From the sequence record PZ049694.1: a stretch of DNA of 64,000 nucleotides. One strand, given 5' to 3'. The notes under the pieces are model-generated. The model was not told where the DNA came from, searched no databases, and saw nothing but the letters and a program-made list of their open reading frames with translations. Within the stretch, counting starts at the first letter, position 1; every line of letters starts with the position of its first letter. The position numbers and the translations under genes were made by a program. This stretch comes from a phage. Positions 34,124 to 46,154 of the stretch are shown piece after piece.

Positions 34124-35856
34124 TGGAAATGATTAGCAGTAGCCTTAATTGGTTCGTGGGTGTTGTCGAGGACAGAATGGACCCGTTAAAACAAGGGCGA
34201 GTTCGAGTTCGAGTCGTTGGTCTTCATCCAGCGCAGAGAACACAAGGTGATGTACAAGGTATTCCTACAGAAAAACTTCCATGGATGACTGTTATTCAAC
34301 CTATTACGTCTGCATCAATGTCAGGTATTGGTGGTTCTGTTACAGGTCCTGTTGAAGGAACTCGAGTATATGGTCATTTCTTAGACAAATGGAAAACAAA
34401 CGGGATTGTACTTGGCACATACGGCGGAATAGTACGTGAAAAGCCTAATAGACTTGAAGGTTTTTCAGACCCGACAGGCCAGTATCCGCGACGTTTAGGT
34501 AATGATACGAACGTACTAAACCAAGGTGGTGAAGCTGGTTATTATTCGAACTCTAACGTAATTCAAGATAACAACTTGGATTATGGTATAAACCCAGACG
34601 ATACAGATTTAGCAAATATTCCAGAAGATGATGACCCTAATTTTACAATAACGGAAATGTTACGTCGTGACGAAGGTCTTCGTGATAAAGTGTATTGGGA
34701 CCATCTCGGATATCCTACAGTAGGTATTGGTCACCTTATCGTAATGGAAAAGACCCGAGATATGTCTCGAATTAATAAATTGTTATCTGATCAAGTAGGG
34801 CGTGAAGTAACAGGAAATCCGGGAACTATTACATTAGAAGAAGCAACAGCGTTATTTGAGAAGGACCTTGCTAAGATGCAGAAAGACATTCGTTCTAATT
34901 CTAAAGTAGGTCCTGTTTATGCTAAAATGAACAGATCTCGCCAAATGGCATTAGAAAACATGTGCTTCCAGATGGGCGTTGGTGGTGTAGCAAAATTCAA
35001 TACTATGCTTAAAGCAATGGCCACAGGTGATTGGAAAACCGCATACAAATCCGGACGCGATTCATTATGGTTCCAACAGACTAAAGGGCGTGCTTCACGT
35101 GTAACAACAATTATTTTAACCGGTAACATGGAATCATACGGTGTTCCTGTTAAAACACCGCCTTCACCGGGAGTTGGTGCTGATTTAGTTACTAGAAATA
35201 CCGATCCAGAAGACCCGGCTGGTCCTCCTGTTCCATTAGATTCACGTATCCTTTTTAAAGAACCGGAATCAAGTTATCGTGGTGAGTATCCATACGTTCA
35301 TGCTATGGAAACAGAAAGCGGTCATATCCAAGAATTTGACGATACTCCAGGTAATGAACGTTATCGCTTAGTTCATCCAACAGGGTCATATGAGGAAGTT
35401 TCTCCGTCTGGACGTCGTACTCGTAAAACTGTAGAAGACCTTTTTGACATTACTAATGGCGATGGGAACTTCTTGATTTCTGGCGATAAGCTTGTTAACG
35501 TTGGTGCTAATGAAATATATTATAACATGGCAGACCGCCTCCATCAAATAGACGGCAATGACACAATCTTTATTCGTGGTAATCAAACTAAAACTGTTGA
35601 AGGCGATGGAACTCTTTACGTTAAGGGCAATATCAAAATAGTTGTTGACGGAAATGCCGATATTCTTGTTAAAGGTGATGCTAAAACTCAGGTCGAAGGG
35701 AATCATGATTACACCGTAAACGGAAACGTTAAATGGACTGTTAATGGTAATGTTGATATGACTGTTGCTGGGGATTGGGCAGAAACAATGTCTACAATGA
35801 GCTCAGTAGCTTCAGGACAATACACTGTTGACGGATCTCGTATTGATATTGGGTAA
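34123..35856 (+). CDS. 5: baseplate hub / cell-puncturing device with lysozyme domain gp5
   Basis: 577 aa; N-terminal OB domain, central lysozyme domain (ITEMLRRDEGLRDKVYWDHLGYPTVGIGHL) and C-terminal repetitive beta-helix. Confidence 0.9.
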   Translation: MEMISSSLNWFVGVVEDRMDPLKQGRVRVRVVGLHPAQRTQGDVQGIPTEKLPWMTVIQPITSASMSGIGGSVTGPVEGTRVYGHFLDKWKTNGIVLGTYGGIVREKPNRLEGFSDPTGQYPRRLGNDTNVLNQGGEAGYYSNSNVIQDNNLDYGINPDDTDLANIPEDDDPNFTITEMLRRDEGLRDKVYWDHLGYPTVGIGHLIVMEKTRDMSRINKLLSDQVGREVTGNPGTITLEEATALFEKDLAKMQKDIRSNSKVGPVYAKMNRSRQMALENMCFQMGVGGVAKFNTMLKAMATGDWKTAYKSGRDSLWFQQTKGRASRVTTIILTGNMESYGVPVKTPPSPGVGADLVTRNTDPEDPAGPPVPLDSRILFKEPESSYRGEYPYVHAMETESGHIQEFDDTPGNERYRLVHPTGSYEEVSPSGRRTRKTVEDLFDITNGDGNFLISGDKLVNVGANEIYYNMADRLHQIDGNDTIFIRGNQTKTVEGDGTLYVKGNIKIVVDGNADILVKGDAKTQVEGNHDYTVNGNVKWTVNGNVDMTVAGDWAETMSTMSSVASGQYTVDGSRIDIG

Positions 35857-35859
35857 TAT

Positions 35860-36375
35860 ATGGCACAAATACTTCCTTTAAATACCGACTTAGGAGAAGA
35901 CATGGAAGGGGCGTCTATTGACGTCCTTTTTACTCCACAGTTAGAACCAACCGAAACTTTAGTGTCAATAAATATAACAGATTATGAACCGACAAAAGGC
36001 ATTACGGTAGATGGTAATCGTTTATATGGAACATATGAAAGTGTGTTTAGCTTTTCTTCGGATGCATTGAAATACCGATTAAATGATGATTTTGAAACCG
36101 CATCTTCATGGGATGATTTACCAAAAGATGAATCCACACAGTTATATTTGTGGAGAGCTCCTCAGAATCTTCGTAAAGTGTTTAGTTATACGGTTGAAAT
36201 GATTTATAACTACCAAGAAGAAAGTTCATCAGGCGGTTCTAGAAGTGACTCTGGTGCAGAACCTCCGCCAGCTCCAGTACAAAAAACTCTTACTAAGGTT
36301 TATACAAAAACTATAGTAGGAAATTGGAGCAAATGGGCTCAACAATTACGAAACTATGTTTATGTGAGGCCGTGA
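35860..36375 (+). CDS. hypothetical protein in the gene 5.1 position, 171 aa
   Basis: ORF between gene 5 and the PAAR gene. Confidence 0.6.
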   Translation: MAQILPLNTDLGEDMEGASIDVLFTPQLEPTETLVSINITDYEPTKGITVDGNRLYGTYESVFSFSSDALKYRLNDDFETASSWDDLPKDESTQLYLWRAPQNLRKVFSYTVEMIYNYQEESSSGGSRSDSGAEPPPAPVQKTLTKVYTKTIVGNWSKWAQQLRNYVYVRP

Positions 36376-36377
36376 AA

Positions 36378-36671
36378 ATGTCTGGCTTAAGTTACGACAA
36401 GTGCGTTACAACAGGTCATGAAGCATGGCCTCCTACTGTAATAAATGCTTCTCAATCTAAAGTGTTCACCGGTGGTATTCCTGTTCTTGTGGCAGGAGAC
36501 CAAATAACACCTCATACAGAAATTAAAAAACCATACGAGACTCATGGAGGTGTTACTGAACCTCGTACATCTAAAGTATACGTCACCGGTAAAAAGGCCG
36601 TTCAAATGGCCGACCCAATTTCATGCGGGGATACTGTTTCTCAGGCCTCGTCAAAAGTCTTTATAAAATAG
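36378..36671 (+). CDS. 5.4: spike-tip PAAR-like protein (gp5.4 position), 97 aa
   Basis: start trimmed to ATG after a GAGG Shine-Dalgarno; size and position between 5 and 6 match T4 gp5.4. Confidence 0.65.
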   Translation: MSGLSYDKCVTTGHEAWPPTVINASQSKVFTGGIPVLVAGDQITPHTEIKKPYETHGGVTEPRTSKVYVTGKKAVQMADPISCGDTVSQASSKVFIK

Positions 36672-36679
36672 GAATTAAA

Positions 36680-38653
36680 ATGGCAAACACTCCTGTAAAT
36701 TATCAATTAACACGAACAGCGAATGCTATTCCCGAGATTTTTATCGGGGGCACATTTGCCGAAATCAAACAGAACATTATCGAATGGCTCAATGGACAGA
36801 ATGAATTTCTTGATTATGATTTTGAAGGTTCGCGTTTAAACGTATTGTGTGACCTTTTAGCATATAACACTCTTTACATCCAACAGTTCAGTAATAGTGC
36901 AGTGTATGAAAGTTTTATGCGTACTGCAAACTTGCGTAGTTCTGTTGTACAAGCGGCTCAAGATAACGGATATCTGCCTTCATCTAAATCAGCAGCACAA
37001 ACAGAAATTATGCTCACATGTACAGATGCATTAAATAGAAACTATATCACCATTCCACGTGGCACTCGTTTCTTAGCATACGCTAAAGATACTTCTGTTA
37101 ACCCGTATAACTTTGTTTCTACTGAAGATGTCATTGTAGTTAAAGACAAAAATAACCAATATTTTCCACGTCTTCGATTAGCTCAAGGACGTATTGTTCG
37201 CACTGAATTAACATTTGATAGATTAAAACCTATCATTATTCGTGATAAGAATATTGACCGTAATTTGGTTAAGTTGTATGTTGACGGAGCAGAATGGATT
37301 AACTGGACTCGTAAGTCGATGGTTCACGCTGGTTCTACGTCAACAATCTATTATATGCGTGAAACAGTTGATGGGAACACCGAATTTTATTTTGGTGAAG
37401 GCGAAATCTCTATTAACACATCAGAAGGTGCGTTAACATCTAACTACATTGGCGGCCTTAAACCTGTTCAGGGTTCTAAAATCGTAATTGAGTATATTTC
37501 TACTAACGGCGCAGATGCTAACGGTGCTGTAGGATTTTCTTATGCTGATACATTAGCTAATATCACGGTAATCGGTATTAACGAGAACCCTAGCAACAAC
37601 CCGGACTTTGTCGGGGCCGATGGTGGTGGTGACCCTGAAGATATTGAACGTATCCGCGAATTAGGCACAATTAAACGCGAAACTCAACAACGTTGTGTAA
37701 CAGCTTCCGACTATGACACATTCGTCTCTGAGCGGTTTGGTTCTATTATTCAAGCGGTTCAAACATTCACAGATTCATCTAAACCAGGGTACGCATTTAT
37801 TGCTGCTAAACCTAAGTCTGGGTTGTATTTGACTTCTGTTCAACGTGATGATATCAAAAACTATTTAAATGATTATAACTTAGGGACTATTACACCTGTT
37901 GTTATTTCGCCTGATTATTTGTTTATCAAAATGAATATCAAAGTTACGTACGCTTTGAATAAACTCCAGGAATCAGAACAATATCTTGAAGGGCAGATTA
38001 TTAATAAAATAGACCGTTATTATATTGAAGATGTAGAAATTTTTAACTCATCGTTTGCAAAATCTAAAATGCTAACTTATGTCGATGATGCAGATATTTC
38101 TATTATTGGTTCTTCAGCTACTATTCAAATGGTTCGCGAAGTACAAAACTTCTATAAAACGCCTGAGGCCGGTATTAAATACAATAATCAGATTAAAGAT
38201 AGATCGATGGAATCTAATATATTCTCGTTTGATTCACACAGACCTAATCCAGAAAATGCAAACGAAACTATTAAATACGGTGTTCGCATAGTATCTTCTG
38301 ACCGTAATGATCGTGGCATAGGTCAAGTTATTATTGGTCCATTTGCAGACGGTGATGTTGTTGAAAACGAAAATATACAACCTTATACAGGTAATGATTT
38401 TAATAAACTTACTGTTACTGACGGACGAAACAAATACTATTCAATTGGTGAAGTGAATTATCCTGCCGATTCGATTTATTGGAACATTGCTAAAATTGAC
38501 CTCACTTCAGACCGTTTTGAAGTTCAAACAATTGAACTTTATTCCGACCCTGCAGATGATATTATTTTTACAAAGGATGGTTCTTTAATCGTATTCGAAA
38601 ATGACTTACGTCCTCAGTACTTAACTATAGATTTGGAGCCTATTTCACAATGA
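36680..38653 (+). CDS. 6: baseplate wedge protein gp6
   Basis: 657 aa from ATG MANTPVNYQL; synteny and size match T4 gp6. Confidence 0.85.
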   Translation: MANTPVNYQLTRTANAIPEIFIGGTFAEIKQNIIEWLNGQNEFLDYDFEGSRLNVLCDLLAYNTLYIQQFSNSAVYESFMRTANLRSSVVQAAQDNGYLPSSKSAAQTEIMLTCTDALNRNYITIPRGTRFLAYAKDTSVNPYNFVSTEDVIVVKDKNNQYFPRLRLAQGRIVRTELTFDRLKPIIIRDKNIDRNLVKLYVDGAEWINWTRKSMVHAGSTSTIYYMRETVDGNTEFYFGEGEISINTSEGALTSNYIGGLKPVQGSKIVIEYISTNGADANGAVGFSYADTLANITVIGINENPSNNPDFVGADGGGDPEDIERIRELGTIKRETQQRCVTASDYDTFVSERFGSIIQAVQTFTDSSKPGYAFIAAKPKSGLYLTSVQRDDIKNYLNDYNLGTITPVVISPDYLFIKMNIKVTYALNKLQESEQYLEGQIINKIDRYYIEDVEIFNSSFAKSKMLTYVDDADISIIGSSATIQMVREVQNFYKTPEAGIKYNNQIKDRSMESNIFSFDSHRPNPENANETIKYGVRIVSSDRNDRGIGQVIIGPFADGDVVENENIQPYTGNDFNKLTVTDGRNKYYSIGEVNYPADSIYWNIAKIDLTSDRFEVQTIELYSDPADDIIFTKDGSLIVFENDLRPQYLTIDLEPISQ

Positions 38654-41600
38654 CAGTAAAAGCGCCAGCAGTCACAAGTCTCAGAATATCCAAGTTGTCC
38701 GCTAACCAAGTTCAAATACGCTGGGATGACGTTGGTGCTAATTTCTACTATTTCGTAGAAATCGCTGAGACTAAAACGGCAGACGGGGAAATAATTCCCC
38801 CTGCCAACTACAGATGGATAAATTTAGGATATACTCCTAATAGCAATTGGTTCGAAAGTAGCTTAGACCCATTAACTTCTTATATTATTCGTGTATCAAC
38901 TGCCGCCGAAGGCTTCGAGAGATCTGATTGGGTATACACCGAAATATTTGAATCATTTCAGACCAACGCGTATACATTTCAACATATGATTGAAATGCAA
39001 TTGGCTAACACTTTTATTAGAGAAAAATTTACAAATAACAACACGGCTTATGTCGATTTTAATAACGACACTATAATGGCAGCTCTAATGAATGAATCGT
39101 TCCAATTTAGCCCTGCTTATGCGGATATTTCATCTATTAAAAATTTCATTATTGGCGAAAATGAGTATCATGAAATTCAAGGTTCGATTCAACAGGTGTG
39201 TCATGATATAAACCGCGTTTATTTGATGGAATCCGAAGGAATTCTTTATTTGTTTGAACGGTACCAGCCTGTGGTTAAAGTCTCTAATGATAAGGGACAA
39301 ACCTGGAAATCGGTTAAATTGTTTAATGACCGTGTAGGGTACCCTGTATCAAGAACAGTGTATTACCAGACAGATCACACCACGTATGTTCTTGGGTATG
39401 ATAAATTATTTTACGGCCGTAAATCAACTGACGTTCGTTGGTCTGCTGATGATGTGAGATTTAGTTCTCAAGATATAACATTTGCTAAAATTGGCGACCA
39501 ATTAAATTTAGGATTTGATGTAGAAATATTTGGTAACTACGCATCATTACCTGCTAACGTATCGCGTATTGCAGAAGCTATCGTTTGCAATGACGATTAT
39601 GTATACGTTGCTGCTCGAGATAAAGTTCGTTTTATTAAAACTAGTAATGCCCCTATTGATTCGGACCCATTATCTCCGACATATTCCGAACGTTTGTTTG
39701 AACAAGAAACATTTAACATCACAGGTAACCCTAAGGCAGTTTGCTATAAAATGGATTCTGTTGGTGGTAAAATATTTGCACTGATTATCGGTGAAGTTGT
39801 TAATCTTAATGACGACCCGAGGACCACTCCTATTGTTGATTCTGTTGATAAGGGTGTTTACGTTCTAGACCATGATGCTGGCACATTTAAACGTGTGTTT
39901 GGTAATACTGAAGAAGAACGCCGTCGTATTGAACCTGGGTACACCAGTATGTCTACTGATGGTGTTGAGTTATCTATTTCATCTAGTAATTTTAAATTTT
40001 TAGAATCAGATATTGTTGATGACCCAAAAACACAAGTCAAATACGGTTTAATCGGTGCTGTTAAATATGAGTATCCTCGCGAATGGTTGGCTGATAAACA
40101 TTATCATATGATGGCATTTATTTCAACTGAAGACTCTCAATGGGAATCGTTCACTCCCCAACCGATGGAATACTATGCTGAGCCATTCTTTAGTTATTCT
40201 AGAAAGTCTGGTACTCGTTGTTGGATTAATAACTCAGACAAGGTCGTTGTAATTTATTCTGATTTACTTTACACTAAGGTTATTGAGAGTCATCCACTTA
40301 GTTCTCCAGACCGTGAAGTTCATGAATATTGGAAGGACGGTGACTGTACAATAGTGATGCCTAACGTAGATTTCACCGGATTTAAAAAATATGCATCCGG
40401 CATGATTTTCTATAAAGCATCAGGTGAGATTATTTCTTATTATGATTTTAGTTACCGTGTTAGAGATAATGTTTCTATAATTTGGAAGCCTACTAATGTA
40501 TTCTTAACAGCATCGTTACAAAACCAAGAAAAAGATACCACATGGTCTCCTGTGGAAGAGAACGGTATTGCGGACCCAGATTTACGACCATTGCTCACTA
40601 CAATGATGCCGGAGTCTTATCTTTTAGATAATACAAACTTCGAAGCATTCTGCGAGGCTTATATTCAGTATCTTTCTGACGGCTATGGGACCCATTATAA
40701 CAACCTTTTAAATCTTATTAAAAATCAATATCCGCGAGAAGAACATGCGTGGGAATATTTATGGTCTGAGATTTATAAACGAAACATTTACTTAAACGCC
40801 GAAAAACGCGATTTAGTGTCTCGTTTCTTTGAATCAAGAAGTTATGACTTCTATTCAACTAAAGGAACTGAAGCATCATATAAATTCTTGTTTAAAGTGC
40901 TTTATAATGAAGATGTTGAAATTGAAATTGAATCTAGTTCCGGGACCGAATATGATATCATCATTGAATCTGATTCGTTGACAGAAGATTTGGTCGGACA
41001 AACCATATACACCGCTACAGGACGTTGTAATGTGACGTATATCGAGAGAAGTTACTCTAAAGGTAAATTACAATGGGCTGTAACAATTCACAACCTCTTA
41101 GGTCGTTTAATCCAAGGACAGGAAGTTAAAGCTGAAAGACTCCCTGGTTTTGAAGGTGAAATTGTTCGTGGTATTAAAGGTAAAGAGCTTTCTCAGAACA
41201 ACATCGATTACATAAATCGTGGTAGAGCATACTACGTAATGAAGATTAAATCTAAACTTCCATCATCTCGTTGGAAATCAGACGTATTACGTTTTGTTCA
41301 TCCGGTTGGATTTGGATTTATCGCAATTACCCTTCTCACAATGTTTATTAACACCGGATTAACACTTAAACATGTTGAAACCATTATTAATAAATACAAA
41401 AACTATAAGTGGGATTCTGGATTACCGACTAAATATGCAGACCGAGTGGCTAAATTAGACCCACAAGGAAATGTTGAGTTTGACCCTATTACAGGTGAAG
41501 CGATATATGAAATAGGCCCTATGGCTGGTCAAGATTATCCATTGCCTGAAGATTATAACGCTGAAAACAATAACTCCATATTTCAAGGTCAACTTCCATC

Positions 41601-41748
41601 GGAACGACGTAAACTGATGAGCCCATTATTTGATGCGTCCGGAACAACATTCTCTAGATTTAGAGATTTGGTTGAACAGCGGTTAATCGATAATGTAGGA
41701 AATCCAAGAGACCCCGTGAATCCACCACAGGTTAAATTAGATGAATGA
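38650..41748 (+). CDS. 7: baseplate wedge protein gp7
   Basis: 1032 aa, same length as T4 gp7; ATGA overlap with gp6. Confidence 0.85.
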   Translation: MTVKAPAVTSLRISKLSANQVQIRWDDVGANFYYFVEIAETKTADGEIIPPANYRWINLGYTPNSNWFESSLDPLTSYIIRVSTAAEGFERSDWVYTEIFESFQTNAYTFQHMIEMQLANTFIREKFTNNNTAYVDFNNDTIMAALMNESFQFSPAYADISSIKNFIIGENEYHEIQGSIQQVCHDINRVYLMESEGILYLFERYQPVVKVSNDKGQTWKSVKLFNDRVGYPVSRTVYYQTDHTTYVLGYDKLFYGRKSTDVRWSADDVRFSSQDITFAKIGDQLNLGFDVEIFGNYASLPANVSRIAEAIVCNDDYVYVAARDKVRFIKTSNAPIDSDPLSPTYSERLFEQETFNITGNPKAVCYKMDSVGGKIFALIIGEVVNLNDDPRTTPIVDSVDKGVYVLDHDAGTFKRVFGNTEEERRRIEPGYTSMSTDGVELSISSSNFKFLESDIVDDPKTQVKYGLIGAVKYEYPREWLADKHYHMMAFISTEDSQWESFTPQPMEYYAEPFFSYSRKSGTRCWINNSDKVVVIYSDLLYTKVIESHPLSSPDREVHEYWKDGDCTIVMPNVDFTGFKKYASGMIFYKASGEIISYYDFSYRVRDNVSIIWKPTNVFLTASLQNQEKDTTWSPVEENGIADPDLRPLLTTMMPESYLLDNTNFEAFCEAYIQYLSDGYGTHYNNLLNLIKNQYPREEHAWEYLWSEIYKRNIYLNAEKRDLVSRFFESRSYDFYSTKGTEASYKFLFKVLYNEDVEIEIESSSGTEYDIIIESDSLTEDLVGQTIYTATGRCNVTYIERSYSKGKLQWAVTIHNLLGRLIQGQEVKAERLPGFEGEIVRGIKGKELSQNNIDYINRGRAYYVMKIKSKLPSSRWKSDVLRFVHPVGFGFIAITLLTMFINTGLTLKHVETIINKYKNYKWDSGLPTKYADRVAKLDPQGNVEFDPITGEAIYEIGPMAGQDYPLPEDYNAENNNSIFQGQLPSERRKLMSPLFDASGTTFSRFRDLVEQRLIDNVGNPRDPVNPPQVKLDE

Positions 41749-42745
41749 TTCAAGTGTTATCTATCGTGCAATAGTTACATCAAAATTTAGAACAGAGAAA
41801 ATGCTGAATTTTTATAATTCAGTTGGGGATGGAGATGATAAGAACTCCATTTATATTACGTTTGGACGTTCAGAGCCTTGGGCGTCAAATGAAAATGAGG
41901 TGGGCTTCGCCCCACCTTATCCTACAGATTCTGTTCTTGGTGTTACTGATATGTGGACCCATATGATGGGTATCGTTAAAGTTTTACCTTCAATGTTAGA
42001 TTCTGTTATTCCTAGACGTGATTGGGGAGATGTGCGATATCCAGACCCTTACACGTTTAGAATTAACGATATAGTCGCATGTAATACTGCTCCGTACAAC
42101 GCGACAGAAGTTGGAGCCGGTTGGTTAATTTACCGTTGTTTAGATGTCCCTGACGTAGGGCTCTGTTCAATAGAATCTTTAGATAATAAAGATGAATGTC
42201 TTAAATTAGGTGGTAAATGGACCCCGTCTGTTCGTTCTATGTCTCCTCCTGAAGGCAGAGGCGATGCTAATGGGGTTATCGAAACCGGTGATGGATATAT
42301 TTGGGAATATCTTTATGAGATTCCTGCCGATGTGTCAATTAACCGTTGCACTAACGAATATCTTGTAGTTCCATGGCCGGAAGAAATTAAAGAAGACCCC
42401 ACCCGTTGGGGATATGAAAATAACTTAACTTGGCAACAAGATGACTACGGCTTGATTTACCGTGTTAAAGCTAATACGATGCGGTTTAAAGCATATTTTG
42501 ATTCTGTTTATTTCCCTGAGGCAGCTTTGCCTGGTAACAAGGGTTTTAGACAGATATCAATTATCGCAAACCCGTTAGAAGCTAAGAAAAATCCAAATGA
42601 CCCTAATGTTAAAGCAGAAAAGGATTATTACGACCCTAGAGACCTGCAACGTCATTCTGGTGAAATGATTTATATGGAAAACCGCCCACCTGTTATTATG
42701 GCAATGGACCAAACAGAAGAAATTAACATTTTGTTTATGTTTTAA
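41741..42745 (+). CDS. 8: baseplate wedge protein gp8
   Basis: 334 aa; synteny and size match T4 gp8. Confidence 0.85.
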   Translation: MNDSSVIYRAIVTSKFRTEKMLNFYNSVGDGDDKNSIYITFGRSEPWASNENEVGFAPPYPTDSVLGVTDMWTHMMGIVKVLPSMLDSVIPRRDWGDVRYPDPYTFRINDIVACNTAPYNATEVGAGWLIYRCLDVPDVGLCSIESLDNKDECLKLGGKWTPSVRSMSPPEGRGDANGVIETGDGYIWEYLYEIPADVSINRCTNEYLVVPWPEEIKEDPTRWGYENNLTWQQDDYGLIYRVKANTMRFKAYFDSVYFPEAALPGNKGFRQISIIANPLEAKKNPNDPNVKAEKDYYDPRDLQRHSGEMIYMENRPPVIMAMDQTEEINILFMF

Positions 42746-42748
42746 TTA

Positions 42749-42775
42749 GGGAGCCTTCGGGCTCCCATTTTTGTA
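42749..42775 (+). terminator. rho-independent terminator after gene 8
   Basis: gggagcc-TTCG-ggctccc then ATTTTTGT. Confidence 0.6.
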
Positions 42776-42777
42776 TC

Positions 42778-42785
42778 TATAAATA
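42778..42785 (+). promoter_or_regulatory. late promoter TATAAATA upstream of gene 9
   Basis: TATAAATA 33 nt upstream of the gene 9 ATG. Confidence 0.5.
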
Positions 42786-42817
42786 GAATATAATATCGGA
42801 CAACAAAAGGCAGAATT

Positions 42818-43690
42818 ATGGCATTTTTTAAGCAAACTCCTAAACAATTAATCGATACCGGCGAAATTGGTAATGCCTCAACAGGTGATATCTTATTCGA
42901 CGGTGGTAATAAAATAAATGACGATATCAACGCTATTTACAATGCATTTGGCGATCAACGTAAAATGGCCGTAGCAGATGGAACCGGACCTACAGGTCAA
43001 ACTATTCATGCCACAGGTTATTATCAAAAAGGAAAGGCGGTCGATTATCAAACTCCTATTAAACCCGGCACCATGCATGATATTGATGCTTCTGATGGCG
43101 GTGTGATTGTTATTATTGACCGTCCTGAATTAGGTGACTCTGTAGAATTCATAAACTCTAATGGGTCTATTTCTGTTAACAATCCTTTAAGTATCCAAGT
43201 AACCGATGGTTCAATTAAAGGCGTTCTTAATAATCTTGTTATTTCCACCCCTTATACCCATGTTGTTCTTCGTTGTATTGAACTTAATGGGCCGACTTCA
43301 GTATGGAATTATTCTACTGATAGCATGTTTGGGCAGAAAGAATCTCCTGTCGATGGGACTTGGAGTCTTACAGGAAACACAGTTTCTATTCCTCTGTTTT
43401 ATCGCACAGATTATAACATGGCTAAATTGCTTGTTACATGCCAATCCGCCGACGGTAGAAAAATAAAAACATGCGAAATAAATATTCTAATAGATACAAT
43501 TAACTCAGAAGTTCTTTCTACCGAATTTGCAGTAATGCGAGTTGGTAATGTAGATGAAACCGACGAGATTGCTAATATTAGCTTTAGTATTATTAACAAC
43601 TTTGTTACTATGACGATTACATCTGATATTATTGGATTACGTTCGGCAGTTAAAATTATCTCAACTCAGAAAATTGGGGTCGCTCAATAA
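42818..43690 (+). CDS. 9: baseplate wedge / long-tail-fibre socket protein gp9
   Basis: 290 aa; synteny and size match T4 gp9. Confidence 0.85.
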   Translation: MAFFKQTPKQLIDTGEIGNASTGDILFDGGNKINDDINAIYNAFGDQRKMAVADGTGPTGQTIHATGYYQKGKAVDYQTPIKPGTMHDIDASDGGVIVIIDRPELGDSVEFINSNGSISVNNPLSIQVTDGSIKGVLNNLVISTPYTHVVLRCIELNGPTSVWNYSTDSMFGQKESPVDGTWSLTGNTVSIPLFYRTDYNMAKLLVTCQSADGRKIKTCEINILIDTINSEVLSTEFAVMRVGNVDETDEIANISFSIINNFVTMTITSDIIGLRSAVKIISTQKIGVAQ

Positions 43691-45495
43691 TGAAACAAAA
43701 TATTAAAATTGGTAACGTCGTTGATGACGGACAAGGCGATTACCTTCGTCGAGGTGGTGAAAAAATAAATGAGAACTTTGACGAAATCTATTATGAATTA
43801 GGTGATGGTGAAGTTCCTTATGCCGCCGGCGCATGGAAGACTTATGATGCGGCTGATGGTCTTAATCTTAATGCCGCTTGGGGTAAATCTTATGCAATTA
43901 ATACTACTTCTGGGCGAGTTTCGGTAAATCTTCCTAAAGGGACAATTGCAGACTATAATAAAGTTATTCGTGCTCGTGACGTATTTGCAACTTGGAACAT
44001 TAACCCTGTTACTTTAATTCCGGCAAATGGAGACACGATTAAAGGTTCTTCATCTCCGGTAGAAATTAACGTCCAGTTCTCTGATTTAGAATTAGTTTAT
44101 TGTGCTCCTGGACGTTGGGAATACATCAAGAACAAACAAATTGATAAAATAGTTAGCTCTGACATTAGTAATGTTGCTCGTAGAGAATATCTGGTTGAAA
44201 CCCAAGGTCAGACCGATTTCATGGATGTTTTTAACGGGACCTCTTATAATGTTAACAACATTCGCGTAAAACATCGTGGCAACGAATTGTACTATGGTGA
44301 TGTATTCAGTGATAATAGTGATTTTGGTTCTCCAGGCGCTAATCCTGGTGAACTGGTTGCACTCGATGGATTTAATATTAGATTACGCCAACCGTGTAAT
44401 GTTGGGGACACTGTACAAATTGAGACATTCCTAGATGGTGTTTCTCAGTGGCGTAGTTCATATACTCGTCGCCAAGTTCGCATTTTAGATAGTAAATTGA
44501 CTGCTAAAAAGTCTATTGACGGAAGTATTTACGTCACTGATTTGAGTACGTTCAGGTCTATTCCATTTACAGCATTTGGTATTAATCCTACAGAACCACC
44601 TAACCCGAATTCATTAGAAGTTCGCTTCAATGGTATTCTCCAAGAATTAGCTGGTACTGTTGGAACTCCTATTTTCCGTTGTGAAGGTGTGGATGCTGAT
44701 TCTGAAGAGTCATGCACTAATCTCGGTGGGACGTGGACTCAATCGTATACAGATTATGCGATTGAATATACTGATAATATCCCTAGCGCAATTCTATTTG
44801 ACCGTCAATTTGAAGACCAAGACATTATTACCATCACATGGTTTAATAACGATTTAGGAACTCTTCTCGAAATGGAAGAAATCCTTGATGTCGCTGATGA
44901 GAAATATGTTTCTCAAGGGTCTAACATTGAAATTACTGGTGACGTTGCATTAACCGATTTCGATAAAATTGGATGGCCTAATGTAGAACCTGTTCCTAAG
45001 TATGAACGTGAATTCTCGACTATCTCAGCAATATTTGATACAATTTATCCTGTCGGGACTATTTACGAAAATGCGGTTAACCCTAATAATCCGGCAACTT
45101 ATTTAGGTTTTGGTTTGTGGAAAATTTGGGGACAAGGCAAAGTATTAGCAGGTTGGAATGACGACGCATCCGATCCTAATTTTGCATTAAATAATAATGA
45201 CCTTGACGTCAATGGTAACCCTACTCATACCGCAGGTGGTACCGTTGGTGTAACAACCATCACATTAGAAAATGCTGATTTACCAGCTACACAAACCGAT
45301 GAAAAGGTTCTTATTTCTGATGATAATGGTACAGTAATTATAGGCGGTTGCCAATATGACCCGGATGAAGAAGGTCCTATTTACACTAAATATCGTGAAG
45401 ACCATGCAAAGACTAATGGATCTCATGTTCCAGCGCGTTCTATAACTAATATTCAGCCATCTATAACTGTATACCGTTGGGTAAGGATTGCATAA
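43690..45495 (+). CDS. 10: baseplate wedge / short-fibre attachment protein gp10
   Basis: 601 aa; synteny and size match T4 gp10. Confidence 0.85.
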   Translation: MKQNIKIGNVVDDGQGDYLRRGGEKINENFDEIYYELGDGEVPYAAGAWKTYDAADGLNLNAAWGKSYAINTTSGRVSVNLPKGTIADYNKVIRARDVFATWNINPVTLIPANGDTIKGSSSPVEINVQFSDLELVYCAPGRWEYIKNKQIDKIVSSDISNVARREYLVETQGQTDFMDVFNGTSYNVNNIRVKHRGNELYYGDVFSDNSDFGSPGANPGELVALDGFNIRLRQPCNVGDTVQIETFLDGVSQWRSSYTRRQVRILDSKLTAKKSIDGSIYVTDLSTFRSIPFTAFGINPTEPPNPNSLEVRFNGILQELAGTVGTPIFRCEGVDADSEESCTNLGGTWTQSYTDYAIEYTDNIPSAILFDRQFEDQDIITITWFNNDLGTLLEMEEILDVADEKYVSQGSNIEITGDVALTDFDKIGWPNVEPVPKYEREFSTISAIFDTIYPVGTIYENAVNPNNPATYLGFGLWKIWGQGKVLAGWNDDASDPNFALNNNDLDVNGNPTHTAGGTVGVTTITLENADLPATQTDEKVLISDDNGTVIIGGCQYDPDEEGPIYTKYREDHAKTNGSHVPARSITNIQPSITVYRWVRIA

Positions 45496-46154
45496 TGACT
45501 GTACTTAATACAAAGGCGGGAGTTATTTCCCGTCATGCTGATTTTTTGAATTACAGAAAAAATCCAGCTCAAATTGATGTTTTAAACAACCAAGCTGTAG
45601 GTTCCGTGACTATTTCTCAGTTAGCTCGCGGTTTTTATGATGCTAACGTAGAATCTGCAATAAATGATGTCCATAATATGGCACGAGCTGATATTGGTAC
45701 TGTTGTCACAAACACTTCAGGCGTATCGCCTGAAGGTACAGCACAAGTTGATTATTGGACTTTTTCTGGTGATGTTCTCGACGATACTTTGACCACTGGA
45801 ACGCCAGTCGTTATTAACGTATTTGGACTTGCTGTTAAAGCAACAATCGGTATGACTGATAACGAATTAACGGCACAAGTTCGTATAGCTTTACAAGAAG
45901 CCATTGCTAATCAAATCGCTATTTCTTCTTATAAAGACCATCCGTCTGAAGGTAATAAACTTCAGGTGACATATTTAGATAACCAACGTCATGTGTTGCC
46001 AACATATGCTTCGTTTGGTGTAACAATTTCGCAAGAAATTTTGTCTGAAGCAAAATCCGGATACGGAACATGGAATTTATTAGGTGCCCAAACGGTTACT
46101 CTTGATAACCATGATACTCCTACCGTTTTCTACCACTTTGTGAGAGCCTCATGA
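45495..46154 (+). CDS. 11: baseplate wedge protein gp11
   Basis: 219 aa from [16 protein letters not shown]; TAATG overlap with gp10; [15 protein letters not shown] matches recalled T4 gp11. Confidence 0.85.
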   Translation: MTVLNTKAGVISRHADFLNYRKNPAQIDVLNNQAVGSVTISQLARGFYDANVESAINDVHNMARADIGTVVTNTSGVSPEGTAQVDYWTFSGDVLDDTLTTGTPVVINVFGLAVKATIGMTDNELTAQVRIALQEAIANQIAISSYKDHPSEGNKLQVTYLDNQRHVLPTYASFGVTISQEILSEAKSGYGTWNLLGAQTVTLDNHDTPTVFYHFVRAS